Origin: Myxococcota bacterium
Lineage (GTDB): Bacteria; Myxococcota_A; UBA9160; SMWR01
DNA length: 64,000 nt
Reading direction: 5' to 3'
Assembly (NCBI GenBank): GCA_030749415.1
Contig: JASMKC010000054.1
Span: 16,232 to 80,231 of the forward strand
Part shown: piece by piece, positions 48,850 through 57,840 of the stretch
Position numbering within the stretch: the stretch's first letter is position 1
How the letters are laid out: each line of letters begins with the position of its first letter
Position numbers and translations under genes: made by a program
Notes under the pieces: generated by a model
Database searches by the model: none
What the model was told of the DNA's origin: nothing
The model's input: the letters and a program-made list of their open reading frames with translations, nothing else

Positions 48850-49365
48850 GTGAATCTCGAAATTCCGCACCTGCTGATCGGAGCCCTGCTGCTCTTCTTC
48901 GGGCGGCGGTTCTTCTGGCTCTTCGTCGGCCTCGTGGGGTACCTGGTCGGTTTCGATTTCGCGACCGGATCCCTGAACGTCGATCCCCGGTGGCTTGCCG
49001 TGGTGCTGGCCGCGCTAGTCGGCGTGGCAGCGGCGGTGCTGGCAATGTTCTTCCAGCTCGCTGCCGCGGGCATCGCGGGCTTCGGTGTCGGACTCTACGC
49101 GGCGACAGCGCTAACGGGTACAGCGACGCCCTCCTGGATCGCCGTGCTGTGCGGCACCGTGGGCGCAGTCATCGCGGTGGCGGTATTCGGCTGGGCCCTG
49201 GTGCTGCTCTCGGCGCTGGCCGGGGCCGCAGCGCTGATCAACCCCTTCGAACTCGCACCGACGATGCGCGTGGTCGCCTTCGTCGTCCTCGCCGCACTGG
49301 GCATCGCGTTCCAGTCTGCCGGAATGCAGCGCAGTTCCGGCGGGGGCCGCCAGGGCAGAGCCTAG
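48850..49365 (+). CDS. Polytopic membrane protein (DUF4203-like)
   Basis: ORF of 171 aa with a GTG start and 5 to 6 Gly/Ala-rich helices. The family call is from memory only. Confidence 0.6.
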   Translation: MNLEIPHLLIGALLLFFGRRFFWLFVGLVGYLVGFDFATGSLNVDPRWLAVVLAALVGVAAAVLAMFFQLAAAGIAGFGVGLYAATALTGTATPSWIAVLCGTVGAVIAVAVFGWALVLLSALAGAAALINPFELAPTMRVVAFVVLAALGIAFQSAGMQRSSGGGRQGRA

Positions 49366-50735
49366 GCCCGGGGAAAGGCCAGGCTCACGCGGAGCCCGGG
49401 CGCGTTGTCTTCCAGCCGAAGCTCCGCACCGTGGAGCCGGGCCACGGCGGCCACGAAGCTCAGGCCGAGACCGGTACCCGGGCGCTGACGCGACGAATCG
49501 AGCCGCACGAAGCGCTGGAGCACCCGCTCGCGATCTTCGGGTGCAATGCCCGGGCCCCGGTCGGCGATCTCGATCTCGATTCCCCCGGCCGTGCGCCGCG
49601 TCGAAACGGCAATGCCTCCGCCGCCCTCGCCGTACTTGATGGCGTTGTCGATCAGGTTCACCACCGCCTGCGACAACAGGTGCCGGGCAGCGGCGACGCT
49701 GAGCCCGGCCTCGAGCGCGGTTTCGATGCTCAGGCCGGCCTCCTCGGCCACCGGTTGGTAGAGATCGACCGCATCTCCGACCACCGCGTCCAGGTCGAGC
49801 GGCTCCATCTGCTGACGAGCGGCCCCGCTCTGGATCTGCGAAAGGCTGAGCAGGGCATTGAAGGTGTCGAGCACACCGTTGGTCTCGTCCAGCAGCCGGT
49901 GCAGCGCTTCCCGGGCGTGCGCCTCGTTCTCCGGGGCCGAGAGCGCCGCCTCGATGTGGCTCCGCATGCGCGACAGGGGCGTCCGCAGGTCGTGGGCGAC
50001 GTCGTCGGTGACCTCGCGCATGCGGGCAATCAGATGCTGGTTCTCTTCGAGAAGGCGGTTGAAGTGAACGGCCAGGTCGTCGAATTCGTCGCGCGGCTCG
50101 CCCACCGGAACCCTCTCTTCGCTCCCCCCGCCGAGGATGTTCAGCACCGTGCCGTTCATACCCTCCACCCGCTTCAGGAGGTTTCGACCCATGGCGAGAC
50201 CGCCGGCGATGGCCAACAACAGGGCGAACGCGAAGGCACTGAGCGCCGCGGTGCCGAGCAGATCCTGGATCTTTCGTTGCTCGGTGACGTCGTGACCCAC
50301 GAGCAGGTGGCGTCCGTCGCCGAATACGATGGAGGCAGCGCGAACGTGCCGCACGCTGCGCAGCGTGCCGGCACCCTCTTCCCAGGAGAGATCGCCGGCG
50401 GGCAGGGGACCCACCACGCCCTCGGGCCAGCCGGGAAGGTTCCCGGCGATCATCTCGTAGCGCGCTTCGGCAAATCCGTAGACGATGCGGTTGCGGCTCG
50501 ACTCCCCGCTGCGCCGCGCGATTTCGGCGGCCAGCGCCTCCTGCCCCCGTCCCTCGATGTGGAATTCGAGATCGCTGAGCTCCTGCTCCACGATGTCGTC
50601 GGCTCTCTCTTCGAGGAGCAGGTCGGCCGCTACATAGAGGCCGCCGAGAGAGAGCGCCGCGACAAAGCCCACGAGGCCCACCGTCGCCAGCGTGAGACGA
50701 ACCCGGATGCTGCGGCGCCGTTCAGTCGGGTTCAC
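49362..50735 (-). CDS. Sensor histidine kinase (TM-HAMP-HisKA-HATPase)
   Basis: ORF of 457 aa with a GTG start at 50735. The H-box is VTDDVAHDLRTPLS and the ATPase region reads DRGPGIAPED...GTGLGLSFV. It overlaps the response-regulator stop by 14 nt. Confidence 0.9.
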   Translation of the reverse strand: MNPTERRRSIRVRLTLATVGLVGFVAALSLGGLYVAADLLLEERADDIVEQELSDLEFHIEGRGQEALAAEIARRSGESSRNRIVYGFAEARYEMIAGNLPGWPEGVVGPLPAGDLSWEEGAGTLRSVRHVRAASIVFGDGRHLLVGHDVTEQRKIQDLLGTAALSAFAFALLLAIAGGLAMGRNLLKRVEGMNGTVLNILGGGSEERVPVGEPRDEFDDLAVHFNRLLEENQHLIARMREVTDDVAHDLRTPLSRMRSHIEAALSAPENEAHAREALHRLLDETNGVLDTFNALLSLSQIQSGAARQQMEPLDLDAVVGDAVDLYQPVAEEAGLSIETALEAGLSVAAARHLLSQAVVNLIDNAIKYGEGGGGIAVSTRRTAGGIEIEIADRGPGIAPEDRERVLQRFVRLDSSRQRPGTGLGLSFVAAVARLHGAELRLEDNAPGLRVSLAFPRA

Positions 50736-51405
50736 GGATCTGGTAGCCGGCGCCGCGCACCGTGTGGATCAAGGCATGCTCGTAGCCCTTGTCGACCTTG
50801 TGCCGCAGGCGGCTGATATGCACGTCGATGACATTGGTCTGGGGATCGAAGTGGTAGTCCCACACGGCCTCGAGAATCATGGTGCGCGTCACGACGCGCC
50901 CGGCGTGGCGCATCATGAACTCGAGAAGCTGAAACTCCCGGGGCTTCAAATCGATAGGACTCCCGCCCCGCTGCACGCTCCGCTTGAGGAGGTCCATCTC
51001 GAGATCCGCAACGCACAGCCGCGTCTCGGCGGGCGCTCCCGCGCGGCCGCGCCGCTGCACCAGCAGTTCGAGGCGCGCGAGCAGCTCTGTGAACGCGTAG
51101 GGCTTCACCAGGTAGTCGTCGCCGCCCGAACGCAGGCCGTGCACGCGCTCGTCCACCTCGCCCATTGCACTCACGATCAGTACCGGCGTCTCGCGGCCGG
51201 CCTTGCGCAGCGTCTCGATCACGGAGAGTCCATCGAGAGACGGAAGCATGCGGTCCACGATGAGCGCGTCGTAGGACTCGTGCATGGCCCGGTTGAGCCC
51301 TTCGAGCCCATCCTCCACCGCGTCCGCCACGTGTCCGCTCTCCGAGAGCGCCTTGCACAGGTACCCGGAAGCCGTGGTGTCGTCTTCGATGAGGAGCACC
51401 TTCAT
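50722..51405 (-). CDS. OmpR-family response regulator
   Basis: ORF 50722..51732 trimmed to ATG 51405, which has GGAG upstream. It reads MKVLLIEDD...DALIVDRMLPSLDG...DDYLVKPYAF, with the winged helix LKPREFQLLEFMMRHAG...TVRGAGYQI. Confidence 0.9.
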   Translation of the reverse strand: MKVLLIEDDTTASGYLCKALSESGHVADAVEDGLEGLNRAMHESYDALIVDRMLPSLDGLSVIETLRKAGRETPVLIVSAMGEVDERVHGLRSGGDDYLVKPYAFTELLARLELLVQRRGRAGAPAETRLCVADLEMDLLKRSVQRGGSPIDLKPREFQLLEFMMRHAGRVVTRTMILEAVWDYHFDPQTNVIDVHISRLRHKVDKGYEHALIHTVRGAGYQIREPD

Positions 51406-51446
51406 TGCCACTCCGTCCCGTGGCTGCAGTCTACCTTGCGCGAGCC

Positions 51447-53294
51447 TCAGCGCGTGGGGTAGAGGGCCGGGAGCGGCGCTTCCGGCTCCCGCCGCTTCCT
51501 GCGGGTCGCCCGGAGCGCGCCGCGGTAGATCCGCCACAACTCGGCGCCCTGCCACTCGCCCTCCCGCTCGGCATAGACCGCGCGATGCACTTCCTCGATG
51601 ACCCGCTCGAGTTCCGGCGCATCGAGGCGGGCGGCCCAGGCCGCGGGACCCAACCCGGCGGCTTCGGGCCAGCGCGCACGAGCGACCTGGCGCAACGCCG
51701 TCACGGCCGCGGCGCGATCCGAATTCCGGCACGCGCGGCGCAGGGAGGCCTCGGCCCGGCGAAGGTTTTCAAGCGGGCCTCGGCCCCCCTCCTTGACCAA
51801 CTGGAGGGGCGCCCAGTGTCGGCGAGCCCGGGGAAGGCCCGCCATGGTCAAAAGGATGAGGATGCCGAGGCCCGCGCCAACCCACGCACCGAAACGCCAC
51901 AGGTGGGGAAAATTTGCGGCATTTCGAGCTTGAGTCGGCTCAGAGACAACATTCGGTGCGGTGGGGGGAACCGCAGGGAGGGGTGCGGCGAGTTCTTCGT
52001 CGCCGGGCAAAACTTCGACGCTGCGCGCCGGCAGGGTCGCCGTGCGGGCCGTGTCCGTCTGGGTGTCCCACCAGGCGAGTTCGACGGCGGGAAGCGTGAC
52101 CGCGCCCGGCCGCGTCGGAATGAGGGCCGTCCGCTGAAGCTTCACCGAAACGACCTCGTCTCCCACCATCGCGGTTTCGTCCACGGCCGGTTCGCCGTAC
52201 TGCTTCATGCCTTCGATCTCGGGCAGGTCGAGTTCGGGTAGCTGAGCGCCCGAGAGTCCCGTGGCCCGGATCGCGACGCTGCGCTCGATGGGCTCTCCCA
52301 CCCGGAAGACCGGCACGTCGCGCTCCCAATCTTCGATGAGCTCTACGTTTCGCGCCGGCAGCCACCACTGGCCGCTGGCGCCGGCGGGTCGGGCCTTCAC
52401 GTCGAGAGTCGCGGCTGCGGAAACCATTCTCACGGGCTTTCCGCCGCCCCCCAGGAAGCTGTCGAAGAGGCTCGAGGGCGCGCCGAAGCCCGCCGAGAAA
52501 TCGTCGAAGAACGAGGACCCTAAGAACCCATCGAAGGGATCTCTCCGGCGGCTCTGCCGCGCCTCGCGCACCCGCCCATCGAAGACGACCGGGGGAACGT
52601 AGATTTCTCCGCTGCGCTGCGGGAAGATGGCGAACTGGCGCTCGACGACCTGGTAGGCATGGCCGCCGATCTCCCGGCGATACGTGCGGTCCTCTCCGAT
52701 CCGCTCGACCACGGCGTCTTCCACCGTCGGCGAGTGGATCTCTCCGTCGATCAGGCTCCCGTCGGAATGAAGCCTCACGGTGAGCAGTACGCGGCTCTGC
52801 ACGTAGGGCTCGGAGTCATCGACTTCTGCGTCGAGAAAGACCGCACCCCGCGCCTGCGTCGCGGCGTCAAGCGCAGAAGCACCTTTCGCGACGTCAAGCG
52901 CAGAAGGGCTTTCCGCAACCTGAAGCGCGGCAGGGCTTTCCGCAACCTGCAGCGCGATCGGTGCGCTGACGGCGTCGCCGGCACGGATCTCGGGAATCTC
53001 CAATTCACCCGTACCGCGCGGCGCGAGGGTCACGGTCCAGTCGAGGCTCGAGTCGACACGATTGTTGACGATGCTGGTCCGCATGCTGCGGGTCACCTTC
53101 AGGATGTCGAAATCCCGGGTGAGAACGTCGAGTTCCGGACGCTCGGTGCCGCCGCGCAGGCGCAACAGGAGATTCACGGTCTCTCCCGGGGCCAGCTGGC
53201 GCCGTTCCAGGCGTGCGTCGAGCTGTGCCGCATCCGCCGCACTGGCAACCAGCAGTGCGGCCGCCACGGCCAATCCGATAGTCGTTCGCCTCAT
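51447..53294 (-). CDS. batD: BatD-family (oxygen-tolerance) protein
   Basis: ORF 51447..53393 trimmed to ATG 53294, which overlaps the upstream stop as ATGA. It has a signal peptide (MRRTTIGLAVAAALLVASAADA). The N-terminal BatD pattern is GETVNLLLRL...DFDILKV...WTVTLAPRGTGELEIPEI, and there is a C-terminal TM segment. Confidence 0.8.
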   Translation of the reverse strand: MRRTTIGLAVAAALLVASAADAAQLDARLERRQLAPGETVNLLLRLRGGTERPELDVLTRDFDILKVTRSMRTSIVNNRVDSSLDWTVTLAPRGTGELEIPEIRAGDAVSAPIALQVAESPAALQVAESPSALDVAKGASALDAATQARGAVFLDAEVDDSEPYVQSRVLLTVRLHSDGSLIDGEIHSPTVEDAVVERIGEDRTYRREIGGHAYQVVERQFAIFPQRSGEIYVPPVVFDGRVREARQSRRRDPFDGFLGSSFFDDFSAGFGAPSSLFDSFLGGGGKPVRMVSAAATLDVKARPAGASGQWWLPARNVELIEDWERDVPVFRVGEPIERSVAIRATGLSGAQLPELDLPEIEGMKQYGEPAVDETAMVGDEVVSVKLQRTALIPTRPGAVTLPAVELAWWDTQTDTARTATLPARSVEVLPGDEELAAPLPAVPPTAPNVVSEPTQARNAANFPHLWRFGAWVGAGLGILILLTMAGLPRARRHWAPLQLVKEGGRGPLENLRRAEASLRRACRNSDRAAAVTALRQVARARWPEAAGLGPAAWAARLDAPELERVIEEVHRAVYAEREGEWQGAELWRIYRGALRATRRKRREPEAPLPALYPTR

Positions 53295-55312
53295 CTCCAG
53301 CTCCCATTCGCGCCGTAGCGCCGTTCGGCGTAGCGGCGGCGCAGCTTCTCGCGCAGCAGCCCGCCCGGATCGTCCGGAACCCGGTTGAGCCACTGCTCCG
53401 CTTCCTGGTCCTCTTCGCTCAGCTCCCGCCCGGATCCCCCGGACGCCATCGGGCGTCCGGTCTGATCGGGGGCGTCTTGGTCGCCGCCCGCACCGGCCGT
53501 CGATCGACCGGCTTCGGGCCGCGGCTGCGCGGGTTCGGTCTGCTGCCCGCCGGCACCGCCCCGGGGCTCGGCGCTCGCCTGCTGCGATTCGCTCGGAGCC
53601 GAAGACTCGGCGGTCTGCGGCTCGGGCGCTTCGGATTCGCCCTGCCCCGCCGCCGGATTCTCGGCAGACTGGCTCTCACCGGAGTTCTCCGCCTGGGCCT
53701 CGGAGCCTTCCGCTTCGGATTTGCTCTGGGCCCCTTCGGGTTCGCTCTGGGCCCCCTCGGGTTCACTCTGGGCCCCCTCGGGTTCACTCTGGGCCGAGTC
53801 CTGCCCGGCACCCGCCTCGTCGGTGTCGGATTGCGCCGACTCGTTCTCGCTTCCCGACGACGGGTCTTCCTGCGACGACTCGTCCTGTTCCGATTCCTCC
53901 GACTGGCCGCCGCCCTGCGAGGCCTGCTCTTGCTGCGGCTGCTGTTGTTGCTGCTGCTCCTGTTGCTGCTGCTCCTGTTGCTGCTGCTCCTGTTGCTGCT
54001 GCTCCTGTTGCTGTTGCTCGAGCAGCTTCTCGACCAGTTCGCGGTTGAAGCGGGCATCCTCGTGGTCGGGCTCGATTTCCAGCACCCGGCCATAGGCCGC
54101 GATCGATTCCTCGAAGCGGTTGGCGCGCGCCAGGGCATTGCCCAGGTTGTATTGGGAGCGCCCGTCGTCCTGGCCCTGGAGCATCTGCGCCGCGGCCTCG
54201 TACTCACCGCTCCGGTACAGCGCAGCACTGCGCCACTCCGGGTCTTCGAAGAGTTCGGCTGCGCCGGCGGCGTCGCCCTGCTCTAACGCGGCAGCTCCCT
54301 GCTGGTCGGGACGGGCAAACCATTCCGCCACGCCGGCAGTCGCCGTCTGAGGGACGGCGGGCAAGAAGAACATCACACCCAGCGCCGCGGCCCAACCGCG
54401 CCGGAATGCCAGGGGCACCAGCAGCAACGGGAGCAGCACGAGCCAAGCCCCCACATCATTCCAGGCGTCGGCTTTCAAACCGGACTGCTGGGCAGTCGCC
54501 AGCAACGACGCCGAGCCGCTCCCGCCGCCGAGCAGGTAGTCGAGATCGGAATCGTCGGCGCGAACCGAGGCGAAGCGCCCGCCGCCGGCTTCGGCCAACG
54601 CCTCGAGCGCCTCCGCGTCACCACCGATGCCGAGCACCGAAACCGGGTAACCCGCGGCTTCCGCTCGTTGCGCGGCCTCGAGCGCAGCCTCGGGCACATC
54701 GCCGAGCCCGTCGCCGAGAAGCAGCACGCGACCCTGGGCGGCGCCGGCCTGTGTCAGCAACTCGCGCGCCTGGTCGATGGCGCGGCCCACGTGGGCGCCG
54801 CGTCCCGGCATGAGCCTCGACTCGAGCAGCGGGACCTGTGAGGCAATGACGCTCGGATCGTCGGTCAACGGCGTCACCGGGTAGGGCTCTTCCGCGAAGA
54901 TCACGAGCCCGGCGGCGCCTTCCACTCGCTCGAGGACGTCGAGCGCCTCGTAGCGCGCACGTGCCAGGCGCGTGGGCGCGACGTCGCGGGCATTCATCGA
55001 CGGGGCCAGGCTCAGCGCGAGCACGGTCTGCACCGGCTCCTTGAAGGCCGGCTGAGGCAGGCGCTCCCAGGTGGGTCCCGCCAGGGCGAGACACGCCGCC
55101 GTCCAGGCCACGGCGAAGACCGCGGGCACCGTCCGCGAACTCCGGCCGCCGCCATCCACCACGAGGTGCCGGAGGAGTTCCGGATCGCACACGCGGCGCC
55201 ACGCGCCGGCGCTGCGCCGCTGCCGCAGCGCGGCCCAAAGGGCGGGTACCAGCAAGGCAAGGGCGAAGAGCCAAGCCGGTCTCAGGAAGTGGAAGTTCTC
55301 GAAGCCCGTCAC
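53291..55312 (-). CDS. VWA-TPR fusion protein (BatB/BatC-like) with a long acidic/Gln-rich tail
   Basis: ORF 53291..55387 trimmed to GTG 55312, which overlaps the batA stop as GTGA. It has two N-terminal TM helices, a VWA-like domain and TPR repeats (YNLGNALARANRFEESIAAYGRVLEIEPDHEDARFN). A low-complexity tail follows, and the end is conserved (WLNRVPDDPGGLLREKL). Confidence 0.8.
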   Translation of the reverse strand: MTGFENFHFLRPAWLFALALLVPALWAALRQRRSAGAWRRVCDPELLRHLVVDGGGRSSRTVPAVFAVAWTAACLALAGPTWERLPQPAFKEPVQTVLALSLAPSMNARDVAPTRLARARYEALDVLERVEGAAGLVIFAEEPYPVTPLTDDPSVIASQVPLLESRLMPGRGAHVGRAIDQARELLTQAGAAQGRVLLLGDGLGDVPEAALEAAQRAEAAGYPVSVLGIGGDAEALEALAEAGGGRFASVRADDSDLDYLLGGGSGSASLLATAQQSGLKADAWNDVGAWLVLLPLLLVPLAFRRGWAAALGVMFFLPAVPQTATAGVAEWFARPDQQGAAALEQGDAAGAAELFEDPEWRSAALYRSGEYEAAAQMLQGQDDGRSQYNLGNALARANRFEESIAAYGRVLEIEPDHEDARFNRELVEKLLEQQQQEQQQQEQQQQEQQQQEQQQQQQPQQEQASQGGGQSEESEQDESSQEDPSSGSENESAQSDTDEAGAGQDSAQSEPEGAQSEPEGAQSEPEGAQSKSEAEGSEAQAENSGESQSAENPAAGQGESEAPEPQTAESSAPSESQQASAEPRGGAGGQQTEPAQPRPEAGRSTAGAGGDQDAPDQTGRPMASGGSGRELSEEDQEAEQWLNRVPDDPGGLLREKLRRRYAERRYGANGSWR
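53724..53795. repeat. 21-bp tandem repeat x3.4 (encodes GAQSEPE)
   Basis: ctctgggcccc(t/c)tcgggttc(g/a) units start at 53724, 53745 and 53766, with a partial copy following. The last two full copies are identical. Confidence 0.9.
53951..54010. repeat. Perfect 15-bp tandem repeat x4 (encodes EQQQQ)
   Basis: ctgctgctcctgttg occurs at 53951, 53966, 53981 and 53996, embedded in a longer CTG/TTG-rich run. Confidence 0.95.
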
Positions 55313-56352
55313 CGTGCCATCTCCTCTTCGGGGGCAGCGAAACGCTCCGGCCGCAGCGAGAGGTCGGTCTCGCGCGCGAATCGCCACAGCAGCAGCAGCG
55401 CAGCGAGAGCCAGCGCCGCCGCCAGCGGGTAGTGGAAGAGCGCCCGAGTCGGCCTCACCTGGGCCGCCTCACCTTCGGTTGGCTCTAGCGCATCGATGCG
55501 GCGGTAAACCTCGACGAGGCCCTGCGTGTCGCGGGCGCGGAAGTAGGCGCCACCGGTCAGGTCCGCCACCTTCTGAAGCGCCGCCTCGTCGAGCTCGGCG
55601 TCGGTATTCATCACGCGCGGCCCCATCAGGGTCTGGACGACCTGGCGTCCCGAGCCGATCCCGATCGTGTAGATGCGCACGCCTTCACGGGCCGCCAGTT
55701 CGGCGGCCTGGACGGGCTCGAGCACGCCGGTGTTGCTGGCGCCGTCGCTCAGCAGGACGAGTACGCGCTCCTCGGCGGGTCGATTTCGCAAGTGCTTCAC
55801 GGCCAAGCCGATGGCATCGCCGATGGCGGTCTCCTCGCCGGGCAGGCCGATTTCCGCCTCGTCGAGCATCTCGATCACGGTCTGCCGGTCGAAGGTGAGC
55901 GGCGCCTGGAGGTAGGCGCGGGTTCCGAATAGCACGAGGCCAATCCGGTCGCCTTCGCGATGGTTGACGAACTCGCGGGCCACCGCGTTCACCACCCGAA
56001 GGCGGTCGACGCTGTGGCCGGAGACGTCGAAGTCCTCGGTCGCCATGCTTCCCGAGAGATCGAGGGCGATCATGAGGTCTCGCCCGTGGGTGGAGACCGA
56101 CCGCGGCTCACCCATCCAGCGCGGCTGCGCTGCCGCAACAACCAGCAGCGACCAGGCGGCCACCTTCAGCACCAGAGCCGCGCGGCCACTGCCGCTGCCG
56201 CCGGCGCCGCCGGCGGGCAATGCCCGAAGCGAAGCGAAGAAGGGAACGCGCAGCGCTCCGCCGCTGCCCTCAGGAGCCGGCGGGAACAACCACCACACCA
56301 GCAGGGGGAGGGGAAGCAGGAGCAACAACCACGGCAGGGCAAAGTCGATCAC
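55309..56352 (-). CDS. batA: VWA-domain protein BatA
   Basis: ORF of 347 aa. GTG 56352 overlaps the upstream stop as GTGA. It has an N-terminal TM segment (ALPWLLLLLPLPLLVWW) and an intact MIDAS motif (IALDLSGSMATEDF) within a VWA fold. Confidence 0.85.
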   Translation of the reverse strand: MIDFALPWLLLLLPLPLLVWWLFPPAPEGSGGALRVPFFASLRALPAGGAGGSGSGRAALVLKVAAWSLLVVAAAQPRWMGEPRSVSTHGRDLMIALDLSGSMATEDFDVSGHSVDRLRVVNAVAREFVNHREGDRIGLVLFGTRAYLQAPLTFDRQTVIEMLDEAEIGLPGEETAIGDAIGLAVKHLRNRPAEERVLVLLSDGASNTGVLEPVQAAELAAREGVRIYTIGIGSGRQVVQTLMGPRVMNTDAELDEAALQKVADLTGGAYFRARDTQGLVEVYRRIDALEPTEGEAAQVRPTRALFHYPLAAALALAALLLLWRFARETDLSLRPERFAAPEEEMAR

Positions 56353-56828
56353 GAGATCCTCCGGATCCAGTCGCGGGCGGCCACGATCCAGGCGTCGCCG
56401 TCCGGTTCCAAAATGGAGTTCGGGCCCGCGTATACGGCCAGTGCGATGGAAACACCCACGTCGGCGGGAAAACCGGTGCCCTTCCCGCTTTCCGCCAGGA
56501 AGCCGAGCCAGTCATCCCCGTAGAGCCCCGCAACTTCCGCCCGCGCGAAGCGCGCCAGAGAGACGCGACGCAGCACGCAGGAGAGCGAAACCGCAAGTTC
56601 CGAGAGATCTCCCGTCGAGCCGAAGTCGTGCTGCACGGCTTCGATCTCGCGCAGCGCGGCGCGCTTGATGCTCCGCCGGCGCCAACCCGACACCAGGTAG
56701 AGGGACGCGGCAAGCACGAGAAAGAGGAGCAGCATCGCCCACCAGCCCGGTGCCAGCGGCCAGAGTGAGACGGCTTCGGGCAGGTGGATGTCGCGCAGGG
56801 CCGCGAGTGCGTCGGTGGTGGGTGCCAT
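56349..56828 (-). CDS. DUF4381-domain membrane protein
   Basis: ORF of 159 aa. LRDIHLPEAVSLWPLAPGWWAMLLLFLVLAASLYL is the typical DUF4381 N-terminus found in Bat/MoxR operons. Confidence 0.75.
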   Translation of the reverse strand: MAPTTDALAALRDIHLPEAVSLWPLAPGWWAMLLLFLVLAASLYLVSGWRRRSIKRAALREIEAVQHDFGSTGDLSELAVSLSCVLRRVSLARFARAEVAGLYGDDWLGFLAESGKGTGFPADVGVSIALAVYAGPNSILEPDGDAWIVAARDWIRRIS

Positions 56829-57799
56829 CAGCTCGGCCTCCGGTTTCGGTTTGCCAGCCGTTCGGGATGCAGAGCAGCCCCCAGCGCAGCCGCCGGATCG
56901 TCGTCCGTGCGAAGCGAGAGCAGCTGGATGCGGTGGCTCCGACAGAAATCCTTCAGTGCCTCACGCCGGGTGTCGAAGGGCGCGGAGTAGGCGCGGCGCC
57001 AGCCGCCGCCCCCCGATGAAATGGCGTGCACACCGTTGCCGTCGCTCACGCGGTAGCGACCGGCCGGGGGCGCCTCCGCCTCGAGGGCGTCGTAGACCAG
57101 GATGCAGGTGGTGTCGCACCGCCGCCCGATATCGGACAGGGGCAGCCGCCAGCGGTCGTCGAAGTCGTAGAAATCACTCAGCACGAATACCCGGCTCCCC
57201 GAACGCACCCGTTCGCGCAGGCGGGCGAGGCAGTCGAGCGTGCCCGGAGCCCCGTCTTCTTCGGAAGCCGCGGTGGCGCGCGAGATCGCACCGAGCAAAT
57301 CCATCAGCGGACCTTCACCGGCCGCGGGCGGTAGCTCGCTCACCCGTTCCGGGGAACGCACGACGCCGCCGACCGGGTCACCACCCAATTGCGCCGACCA
57401 GGCCAACAGCGCGGCGGCTCGCGCCGCGGCCACGGACTTGAAAGCACGGCGCGTTCCGAAGCGCATGCTGGGCCCGGCATCCAGCATCAGCCACAGGGGC
57501 CGGTCGTGCTCTTCGTGAAAGACCTTGCTGTGAACCCGACCGGTCCGGGCCGTCACCCGCCAGTCGATCTGGCGAACGTCGTCGCCGGGCTGATAGGCGC
57601 GGACTTCGTCGAAATCCAGGCCCCGGCCCCGGAATGGCGAGGGGTACGGACCCGCCAGCGGCGTCTCGACCCGGAGCGCCGGGCCGAGATCCAAGCCGTG
57701 TGCGGCGTGCCGCATCTGCACCAGCTCCGCGGAGCCTGCGACTACACCTGCAGCGTCCGCTTCAGCTCCGGGTGTCGCGTTGCCCTCGATCCAGCTCAT
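56828..57799 (-). CDS. DUF58-domain protein
   Basis: ORF 56828..58057 trimmed to ATG 57799, which has GAGGGA upstream. FDEVRAYQPGDDVRQIDWRVTARTGRVHSKVFHEE is the DUF58 signature. Confidence 0.85.
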   Translation of the reverse strand: MSWIEGNATPGAEADAAGVVAGSAELVQMRHAAHGLDLGPALRVETPLAGPYPSPFRGRGLDFDEVRAYQPGDDVRQIDWRVTARTGRVHSKVFHEEHDRPLWLMLDAGPSMRFGTRRAFKSVAAARAAALLAWSAQLGGDPVGGVVRSPERVSELPPAAGEGPLMDLLGAISRATAASEEDGAPGTLDCLARLRERVRSGSRVFVLSDFYDFDDRWRLPLSDIGRRCDTTCILVYDALEAEAPPAGRYRVSDGNGVHAISSGGGGWRRAYSAPFDTRREALKDFCRSHRIQLLSLRTDDDPAAALGAALHPERLANRNRRPS

Positions 57800-57840
57800 G
57801 ACTCGTCCCTCGCTTCTTCCGAGACCGTGACGACACCCGC

